A stretch of DNA of 32,000 nt from Ktedonobacterales bacterium (GTDB lineage: Bacteria; Chloroflexota; Ktedonobacteria; Ktedonobacterales; JADMIN01). The notes beneath the pieces are model-generated. The model saw nothing but the letters and a program-made list of their open reading frames with translations, had not been told where the DNA came from and searched no databases. The DNA lies in contig CP126532.1 of NCBI GenBank assembly GCA_030167145.1, positions 4,140,001-4,172,000 of the forward strand, written 5' to 3'. Shown here piece by piece: positions 25,578 through 32,000 of this stretch (positions are counted from its first letter, which is position 1; every line of letters begins with the position of its first letter). The position numbers and the translations under genes are program-made.

Positions 25578-27017
25578 TCAGTCGCGGTCGGGCGCTGGCG
25601 GCATGCGCGCCGCCCACGGCAACGCCGCTTCGAGCTGGGTGGCGAGCGCGAGCAGTGTGCCTTCGCTCAGCGGCTTACCGGCAAGCTGCACGCCGGTCGG
25701 AAGCCCGTCGGCGCCGTGGTAGAGCGGCAATGAAATCGCTGGCTGGCCGGTCACATTCCAGACGGGTGTGAACGGGGTAAACGCTACCGCTTTCTGAAAC
25801 TCAGCCTGTGGGTCATCGCCGCAGGTGTTGAGTTCGCCGATCTTGAGCGGACGCTGCCCCAGCGCGGGCGTGAGCAGTATATCATAGGTGGTAAAGAATG
25901 CGATCACGCCGCGCGCATAGGATTGTAGCGCCGTCATCGCATCGGTCAGATCAGCGGCGCAATCCGTTGTGCCCTGCTGGTAAAATGCCCACGTCAACGG
26001 CTCGACCAGCGAAGGATCTGGCGCGCGCTGTGTCACCGATGCGCCAAAGCGCACACCGCTGGCGATACCCGCGCCCCAGAGAGTGGTGAATGCGGACTCC
26101 AATTGGGCGCTCTGCCAGACCGGCGGCGTGACTTCTTCCACCGTGTGGCCGAGCGAGGCGAGCAGGTTCGCGGCGGCGTGTGTCGCCTGCGCACAGGTGG
26201 GGTCTACTGCTGTATCCAGTGGCGAGGTGGTGGTCATGGCGATACGCAGCGCGTGTGGCGGGCGGGCGGCTATGGCCGCGAAAGGCTCGTTGGGTGGTGG
26301 CGCCCAGGTCGCGTCGCCGACCTCGTAACCCTGCATCACATCCAGCAGCGCTGCGGTATCGGCCACCGTGCGGGTCAGCGCACCCTGTGTGCTGAAGAAT
26401 GAATCGCCGATTTCAGGTCCGGGCGAGATACGTCCCCGGCTTGCCTTCAGCCCCACCAGTCCGCAGCATGCCGCTGGAATGCGGAGCGAGCCACCTCCAT
26501 CGCTGCCGTGCGCCACGGGGAGCATCCCCGCCGCCACCGCTGCCGCCGCGCCACCCGATGAGCCGCCCGGCGTGTGGTTCGGGTTCCACGGGTTGCGCGT
26601 GGGACTGAAGCGGCGCGGCTCGGTGACGGGCACGATGCCGAACTCCGGCGCGCTGGTGCGCCCGACGATGATAAACCCCGCCTCTTTGAGGCGGCGCACA
26701 GCGGAGGTATCGAACGGTGAGCGATATGCGCCGAAGATGTCGGATCCCATCGTCAGGGGATGACCCGCCGCCGCATGCAATTCTTTGATGGCAATCGGCA
26801 CGCCCGCGAAAGGCCGCGTATCGCCCGGCTGCACGGCGTCAGCCGCCGCACGCGCGCCGTCGGCGTCCACATAGGTGAAGGCATTGAGATCGCGTCGCGC
26901 CTCGATCTGTCGCAGCGCCCCCTCCACCAAGTCACGCGCGCTCACCTCACCGCTCCGCACCAGCGCCGCCAGTTCCAGCGCGGGCCGCGTCAGCAACGCC
27001 GTCATGTCGTCGGGCAT
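25578..27017 (-). CDS. Amidase signature (AS) family amidase
   Basis: Track ORF trimmed to ATG 27017, with GGGGAGG upstream. AS motifs: GVPIAIKE, GGSSGGAAAAVAAG, GSDGGGSLRIPAACCGLVGLKASRGR. Confidence 0.9.
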   Translation of the reverse strand: MPDDMTALLTRPALELAALVRSGEVSARDLVEGALRQIEARRDLNAFTYVDADGARAAADAVQPGDTRPFAGVPIAIKELHAAAGHPLTMGSDIFGAYRSPFDTSAVRRLKEAGFIIVGRTSAPEFGIVPVTEPRRFSPTRNPWNPNHTPGGSSGGAAAAVAAGMLPVAHGSDGGGSLRIPAACCGLVGLKASRGRISPGPEIGDSFFSTQGALTRTVADTAALLDVMQGYEVGDATWAPPPNEPFAAIAARPPHALRIAMTTTSPLDTAVDPTCAQATHAAANLLASLGHTVEEVTPPVWQSAQLESAFTTLWGAGIASGVRFGASVTQRAPDPSLVEPLTWAFYQQGTTDCAADLTDAMTALQSYARGVIAFFTTYDILLTPALGQRPLKIGELNTCGDDPQAEFQKAVAFTPFTPVWNVTGQPAISLPLYHGADGLPTGVQLAGKPLSEGTLLALATQLEAALPWAARMPPAPDRD

Positions 27018-27040
27018 GTTCGCCTCCCCTGTGCCGCACA

Positions 27041-27874
27041 CTATGCTTCACCGCGCGCCAGCATCAACGCGATGCCGAGAAATACAATCGTCACGCCGAG
27101 CAGCGCAACAATATCGCGCGGTACTTCTGACACGTTATACCCCAAGAGCGCGCCACGAATCGCGTTGACGCCGTAGGTCAAGGGATTCAGAAACAGGAGC
27201 GCGCTGAGCCAGCCAGGCACGCCGCGTGTGGGGAATATCGCGCCGGAAAAGAGATAGAGTGGCTGGGTGATGAAGTTCTGGATAGTGCCGAAGTTCTCGA
27301 AGTCGGTCATTCGCAGCGCGATGACGATGCCCAGCGCGGAGAGCGCCAGCGCGGTGATGAACATCGCCCCCAGCGCCGCCAGCACGTGCAGCGGCGTGAG
27401 CGTGACGCCCGCCAGCGGAGCGAAGACCAGCATGATCGCCGCCTGCGCCGTTGAGCTGGTCGCCCCGCCCAGACATTTGCCCAGCACCAGGGTCGAGCGC
27501 GGCGTGGGCGCGACGAGCACTTCTTTGAGAAAACCGAACTCACGATCCCAGATGATGGAGATGGCCGATTGCAGCGCGCTGAAGATAATGGTCATCGCGA
27601 TGACGCCGGGAAAGACGAACTGGGCATACGAGAGGCCAGCAATCGGCACAAAGGAGCGGCGCAGGCCAAAGCCGAGCGCGAACAGCCACACGAGCGCACG
27701 CACGATAGCGCCGTAGAGCCGCGTGCGCTGCCGCCAGAGGCGGCTCATCTCGCGCAGCCAGATCATGGCGATGCCTTCGAGGTCAACCGGCAGCCGCGCT
27801 GTGCGTGGGGGTGGTGGGGTGGTATGGACCGCAATGAGTGGCGGCTGCGTGTCGAGCGTTGAACGCTGAGCCAT
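27041..27874 (-). CDS. ABC-2 type transporter permease
   Basis: Track ORF 27041..28108 trimmed to ATG 27874 (MAQRSTLD...). The upstream 78 codons overlap the ATPase gene. It has six hydrophobic segments and an ABC-2/DrrB-NodJ-like layout. Confidence 0.85.
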   Translation of the reverse strand: MAQRSTLDTQPPLIAVHTTPPPPRTARLPVDLEGIAMIWLREMSRLWRQRTRLYGAIVRALVWLFALGFGLRRSFVPIAGLSYAQFVFPGVIAMTIIFSALQSAISIIWDREFGFLKEVLVAPTPRSTLVLGKCLGGATSSTAQAAIMLVFAPLAGVTLTPLHVLAALGAMFITALALSALGIVIALRMTDFENFGTIQNFITQPLYLFSGAIFPTRGVPGWLSALLFLNPLTYGVNAIRGALLGYNVSEVPRDIVALLGVTIVFLGIALMLARGEA

Positions 27875-27888
27875 CTTGACCTTGCCTT

Positions 27889-28893
27889 TCACGAGCGGCG
27901 GCGCAGGCGCCCGCGACCCCGCAGCCGTGCTTCTAAACGCTCTTTGGCTCCCGCCGTCTCGTCGCGGATGGCGCGTCCGGTGAGACGCATAAAGACATCG
28001 TCCAGGCTTGGGGCATGGACGCTCACGGCTTGCACAGCAATGTCGGAAAGGGTGAGCTGGCGCAGCAATTGTGCGGCCAGCGCCTGACCGGATGCGCCCT
28101 CGGCGCACTCTACTTGTAGCTCGCCGCCCTCACCGTGTGTGACGCGCCGATCCTCGCCAATGACCAAGGCCGCGCGCGCGACATCTTCGGGTGCGACCAC
28201 CAGATGCACGGACTCGCGGCCTACCTGACGTTTGAGTGCGTCGGGCGTATCGAGCGCGACGACCCTGCCGTGATCCATGATGGCGATGCGGTCGCAGTAC
28301 TCGGCTTCTTCGAGATAATGCGTGGTCATGAAAATGGTGAGGCCGGTGGATTGCCGCAGCCGCATGACATACTCCCACACGCTGCGGCGCGTCTGAGGGT
28401 CCAGGCCAACGGTGGGTTCGTCGAGGAAGAGCGTTTGCGGCTCATGGAGCAAGCCACGCGCCACCTCAAGGCGGCGTTTCATGCCACCAGAGAACGTTTT
28501 GACGAGATCCTTGCGACGGTCCTCCAGGCCAACCAACCGCAGCAAAGAATCAATGCGCGTGGGACGGGTTGCGGGCGGCGTATGGTAGAGCATGCAATGG
28601 TAGCGCAGGTTTTGCTCCGCGCTGAGGTAGTCGTCCAGAGTGGGATCTTGGAAGACGATGCCGATGCTGCGCCGCACGTCGGTGGGCATCTGAACGACAT
28701 CATAGCCGTTGACCAGCGCGCGGCCACTCGTCGGCTTCAGCAGCGTGCAGAGCATTTTGATGGTGGTGCTTTTGCCCGCGCCGTTAGGGCCAAGAAATCC
28801 GAATACTTCGCCCTTCTCTACGGCGAAACTGATGCCCTTCACCGCTTCGATTGCGCCAAATGTGCGGGTGAGTTCTTCGACGACAACGCTCAT
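27889..28893 (-). CDS. ABC transporter ATP-binding protein (DrrA-like, with C-terminal extension)
   Basis: Walker A GPNGAGKST, Q-loop, signature FSGGMKRRLEVA, Walker B LFLDEPTVGLD and H-loop TTHYLEEAE. Confidence 0.93.
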   Translation of the reverse strand: MSVVVEELTRTFGAIEAVKGISFAVEKGEVFGFLGPNGAGKSTTIKMLCTLLKPTSGRALVNGYDVVQMPTDVRRSIGIVFQDPTLDDYLSAEQNLRYHCMLYHTPPATRPTRIDSLLRLVGLEDRRKDLVKTFSGGMKRRLEVARGLLHEPQTLFLDEPTVGLDPQTRRSVWEYVMRLRQSTGLTIFMTTHYLEEAEYCDRIAIMDHGRVVALDTPDALKRQVGRESVHLVVAPEDVARAALVIGEDRRVTHGEGGELQVECAEGASGQALAAQLLRQLTLSDIAVQAVSVHAPSLDDVFMRLTGRAIRDETAGAKERLEARLRGRGRLRRRS

Positions 28894-28909
28894 GTTGGCC
28901 TCGTAAATT

Positions 28910-28917
28910 AGTTAACT
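28910..28917. promoter_or_regulatory. Palindrome, candidate operator for the divergent MarR/ABC promoter region
   Basis: AGTTAACT is a perfect 8-bp palindrome. It sits in the 79-bp AT-richer gap between the ABC ATPase start (28893) and the marR start (28973). Confidence 0.3.
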
Positions 28918-28972
28918 GAGTCATGCAATTACCTGCGTAGTATGCCATAATGGGGCGAGGGCGTCAAGAGAA

Positions 28973-29461
28973 ATGGCGGGGCATAGGATGAAAACTCACG
29001 ATACGGCGGATGATGAGAACCAGAATCAGCAGGCGCCCGCTGCAACCATTGCCCACGCGCTGGATCGCTGGTATGCGCGGCTGGGCCGTCAGTATGGTCC
29101 GCTCTCGCGCCCGCAGCGCCGTGTGATGCGCTTGCTGGCGAGCGCAGACGATGGCGAGTTGGCAGGGGGAGAGCCGCCGCGCGTGAGCGATCTGGCGGAC
29201 CGACTGGGGATGACCGCGGCAGGCGCGACGCGGATGGTGGATACACTGGAAGGGTTGGGCTATGCGCGCCGCTACCGCACGGCGGGCACCGATCAGCGCC
29301 AGGTCTACGTCGCGCTGACCGACGCCGGGCGACATGCGCTGCGTGAGGCGGACGCCGTTTTCATGCAGCAAATTGAGGTGACGCTCGCGCCACTTTCAGC
29401 CGCTGAGCGGATGACCCTCGCGGGGCTGCTGCGCCGCATCGCGGACGAGGCGGAGGGATAG
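28973..29461 (+). CDS. MarR family transcriptional regulator
   Basis: RVSDLADRLGMTAAGATRMVDTLEGLGYARRYRTAGTDQRQVYVALTDAGRHAL is a winged helix. The start could also be ATG 28988. It is divergent from the ABC operon. Confidence 0.85.
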   Translation: MAGHRMKTHDTADDENQNQQAPAATIAHALDRWYARLGRQYGPLSRPQRRVMRLLASADDGELAGGEPPRVSDLADRLGMTAAGATRMVDTLEGLGYARRYRTAGTDQRQVYVALTDAGRHALREADAVFMQQIEVTLAPLSAAERMTLAGLLRRIADEAEG

Positions 29462-29490
29462 CAGGGCAGCGCCAGGATAAGTCCCGGCGC

Positions 29491-29784
29491 TCAAGCGTCT
29501 ATCAGTTCATAGTGTCGCGCCACCACCGGCTCGACGAATAGCCCGGTGATATGGCTGCGATATTCGGCGAAGAGCGGGCCGCCCCGAAACACCACAGTAT
29601 GATCTTCGAGTGTCTCCCATTCGATGGTAAAGATGAAGCGGTTGGCGTCTTCGACGCAGGCCCGCACCTGCGCTGAGCGACAGCCCTGCGCCCGGCGTAT
29701 CACCGCCAGCCCGCGCGCCAGGCCCGCGCGCAACTTCTCAGCCTTGCCGGGCTGCGCCGTAAACTCTGCAATCTCCAGCAACAT
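29491..29784 (-). CDS. Antibiotic biosynthesis monooxygenase (ABM) domain protein
   Basis: Track ORF 29491..29973 trimmed to ATG 29784, with GAGGGAG upstream. The 97-aa ferredoxin-like protein reads MLLEIAEFTAQPGKAEKL...FIFTIEWETLEDHTVVFRGGPLFAEYRSHI. Confidence 0.7.
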   Translation of the reverse strand: MLLEIAEFTAQPGKAEKLRAGLARGLAVIRRAQGCRSAQVRACVEDANRFIFTIEWETLEDHTVVFRGGPLFAEYRSHITGLFVEPVVARHYELIDA

Positions 29785-29899
29785 GACCTCTGCTCCCTCT
29801 CGCTTCCAGGTATTCACACTCAGCCATACTGTACGACGTCGCGCTGGTGCACCGCCCATTGCGTGCATGCGCATCGGCGGACGGCGGACAGTTGACAAG

Positions 29900-31024
29900 C
29901 TATGCGACTTGCGCCAACGCCCAATCTTGACCGAAGACCGACTCGAACGTAGTGAGCGCCTGTGTATCGGCAATTATGACGCCAATCTCGCGGTTCTGGT
30001 CGAGCGAGGTGCTGGAAAAGTTCTCCGAGCCAGTGAACGCCAGCGTCCCATCTACGACGATGAGCTTCGCGTGCATATAGGGCGCTTGCAGGTAGCGCAC
30101 ATGCACGCCGCCCTGTGTAAGTTGCGCCACCGCGCTCGCCTCATCCGACGAGGAAGCCGCCGAGGATGGCAGCGTCACCTCCACGTTCACGCCGCGCTGC
30201 GCCGCCGCGATCAGCGCCTGCACCGATGCGGCGTCGTACATCTCCTCGTCTTCGATGTGCAGTGTAGATTTGGCGCTAGCAATCAGCGCGGTCACATCGG
30301 TGCGCGCATTCACGGGACTCACCACCAGACGCGACTGGGTAAGCGCGGGCGTTGGCGTGCGGTTCCAATCCGCCTGAAATATCGCGTTGACTTCGGCTAC
30401 GTCGCCCGCGTCGGTATCAATCACGCCGTATTCGCGATTCGCCGCCGCCGAGCTGCCGCCCAAGCCTGAACGGCTGAGATTGCACGTCATGATATACGCG
30501 GTGGCGTCATCTATCAGCATCACTTTGGCATGGGTATAGTAGTACGCGGGATCGGCGGCTTGCGCGTGGACACCTGCCGCGTTCAGGGTCTCAATGGTCT
30601 GTTGTGGCGAGACGCTGCCCTCTCCATAGGGATGAGCCTCCAATAGCACACGCACATCCACCCCTCGTTGCGACGCATCCTCCAGCGCGTGCATCACGTT
30701 TGCGTCGGTCAGCAGGTACACCTCGACCCAAACCGATTGCGCCGCGCCTTTGATGGCGTTAAGTATTGGCGCTTCACCGGCGTCCGGCTCGACGAAGACC
30801 TGCACACCTTGTGCGGCGCAGGCTGCGCTGACGCATACACTACCGTTCGATGGCGGCGTCGCTGTAGCTGCTGTTGTCGTGGTGGCGATGGGCGATGGCG
30901 AGGATGTATGCGGCGCTGCCGGTGGGGGCTGTGTCTGCCCGGTGGCGCACCCCGCCAGGAGTACTACGCCAACAAGAAACGCCAGAGTGAATCGGTATCG
31001 TGAAACTTCGCGCGAATTTCGCAT
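29900..31024 (-). CDS. Phospholipase D-family lipoprotein (two HKD motifs)
   Basis: Track ORF trimmed to ATG 31024, with GGAGGGA upstream. The signal peptide has lipobox LLAGC. HKD 1: THAKVMLIDD. HKD 2: MHAKLIVVDGTLAFTGSENF. Confidence 0.85.
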   Translation of the reverse strand: MRNSREVSRYRFTLAFLVGVVLLAGCATGQTQPPPAAPHTSSPSPIATTTTAATATPPSNGSVCVSAACAAQGVQVFVEPDAGEAPILNAIKGAAQSVWVEVYLLTDANVMHALEDASQRGVDVRVLLEAHPYGEGSVSPQQTIETLNAAGVHAQAADPAYYYTHAKVMLIDDATAYIMTCNLSRSGLGGSSAAANREYGVIDTDAGDVAEVNAIFQADWNRTPTPALTQSRLVVSPVNARTDVTALIASAKSTLHIEDEEMYDAASVQALIAAAQRGVNVEVTLPSSAASSSDEASAVAQLTQGGVHVRYLQAPYMHAKLIVVDGTLAFTGSENFSSTSLDQNREIGVIIADTQALTTFESVFGQDWALAQVA

Positions 31025-31044
31025 GTGTGCTCCCTCCATCACGC

Positions 31045-31072
31045 AGTATACTCGCTTGCCGGTGAGAATCAA
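31045..31072 (-). promoter_or_regulatory. Candidate promoter for the PLD gene
   Basis: Minus strand reads TTGATT (31072-31067), a 16-nt spacer, then TATACT (31050-31045). It lies about 20 nt upstream of the ATG, so the leader would be short. Confidence 0.4.
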
Positions 31073-31203
31073 GAGAGGACTATGCCGAAAATGTGAGCGA
31101 GCTACACCATAGGAGAAGGGTGGCGTTGACGGCAGCAGCGATAGTGTGGTAGCCATAGGCTGTAGACTATCGCCCGAAGTCCAATCCCAGAGGGAGCAGC
31201 AGC

Positions 31204-32000
31204 GTGTCCGAAGAGACTACCCAGAATCCTAGCGAACAGATAAGTGATGATACGCCTGCTCGTCTGCCAACGGCGCTGGTGTATGATGATGCCTTTTTGG
31301 CGCATCGTGTGCCGAATGATTTTCCCGAAGTACCAGAGCGCGTGGGGCTGGCTATTGCGATGATCGAGGCGCTACTGGCCGAGGGTACGCTGCCAGCGGA
31401 ACATGTGCTGCGCCTGCCCGTGCGCGCGGCGAACATGGAGGAGTTGGCAGCGGTTCATCCCGAAGCCTACGTCGAGCGTGTGCGGCAGGCGGTGGCGGAT
31501 CTGGTGGAGGCAGGTGGAGAGCACGCGAAACCGAGGCGGTTTGCCACAGAGGTCTATATTTCACCGGGCAGCTACGATGCGGCGACCAAGGCGGCGGGCG
31601 CGCCACTGGTGATCCTCGATGCCATTGGTGAAGGGCACGCGCGCAACGGTTACGCGCTGGTGCGTCCGCCGGGGCATCATGCCAGCGCGGATCGGGCAAT
31701 GGGCTTCTGCATCTTCAACAATGTCGCGGTGGCGGCGCGCTATGCCCAGCGCAAATGGGGCTGGCAGCGTGTGCTGATCGTGGACTATGACGTGCATCAC
31801 GGCAATGGCACGCAGGACATTTTCTACGAAGACGGCGATGTGCTGTACTTCTCCACACACCAATATCCCTTCTATCCGGGCACGGGCGACTCCACGGATC
31901 GCGGCACGGGGGCAGGGCTGGGGTCCACGGTGAATGCGCCGCTGCCAGCGGAGTCGGGCTGGAGCGTGTATGACCCAATCTTTCGGCAGGTGCTCTGGCC
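31204..32000 (+). CDS. Histone deacetylase-family (AcuC/acetylpolyamine amidohydrolase-like) deacetylase. The 3' end lies beyond the window.
   Basis: It is absent from the ORF track because it has no in-window stop. GTG 31204 has AGAGGGAG upstream. My translation gives ...YALVRPPGHHASADRAMGFCIFNNVAVAARYA...VLIVDYDVHHGNGTQDIFYEDGDVLYFSTHQYPFYPGTG. These are the canonical HDAC active-site motifs. Confidence 0.9.
   Translation, partial: MSEETTQNPSEQISDDTPARLPTALVYDDAFLAHRVPNDFPEVPERVGLAIAMIEALLAEGTLPAEHVLRLPVRAANMEELAAVHPEAYVERVRQAVADLVEAGGEHAKPRRFATEVYISPGSYDAATKAAGAPLVILDAIGEGHARNGYALVRPPGHHASADRAMGFCIFNNVAVAARYAQRKWGWQRVLIVDYDVHHGNGTQDIFYEDGDVLYFSTHQYPFYPGTGDSTDRGTGAGLGSTVNAPLPAESGWSVYDPIFRQVLW

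Noticed and set aside
27875-28108. N-terminal 78-codon extension of the ABC-2 permease ORF. Similar upstream extensions occur on ORFs 20110, 8713-9579, 29491-29973, 29900-31156 and 2082.
   Set aside because: The extensions overlap the preceding gene or a leader, are Arg/Pro-rich, and lack an SD. Internal ATGs with good SD motifs coincide with the conserved protein N-termini.

Overview
This is a visibly GC-rich bacterial chromosomal segment, and most of it is ordinary core genome on both strands. Recognisable genes are the 3' part of lepA, an archaeal-type proS behind a T-box leader, a trkA-like pair, purB, moaA, a GNAT acetyltransferase, lgt, grpE-dnaJ, panB and two tandem tRNA-Ser genes. Regulators and accessory functions sit between them: two MarR regulators, a GAF histidine kinase with a LuxR-type response regulator, and a Hanks Ser/Thr kinase. 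There is also an ABC-2 exporter plus amidase operon, a PLD-type lipoprotein and a 3'-truncated HDAC-family deacetylase. I saw no CRISPR array, transposase, integrase or phage genes. Taxonomy cannot be established here; T-box control together with an archaeal-type ProRS hints at a Chloroflexota- or Firmicutes-like monoderm lineage, which is inference only. Four regions are the best candidates for undescribed biology. (1) A COG1964/MJ0619 (tetraether-synthase-like) radical SAM gene overlaps an ArsP/DUF318-type CxC permease by ATGA, behind two paralogous small membrane proteins (10.5-14.1 kb). (2) A same-strand DUF1269 / 4-TM / Vps62-like-coiled-coil-TM gene trio lies between a degenerate tRNA-Ser 3'-end remnant and the tRNA-Ser pair (20.1-23.6 kb). 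(3) An unannotated minus-strand mini-unit in the lepA-proS gap has a promoter, a GNRA-capped structured leader and a 30-codon ORF. (4) An orphan 293-aa gene sits behind an AT-richer repeat-bearing region and overlaps the kinase gene tail-to-tail. All family assignments come from motif recognition by eye; no searches were run. Start codons were refined from the ORF track using Shine-Dalgarno context and conserved N-termini.
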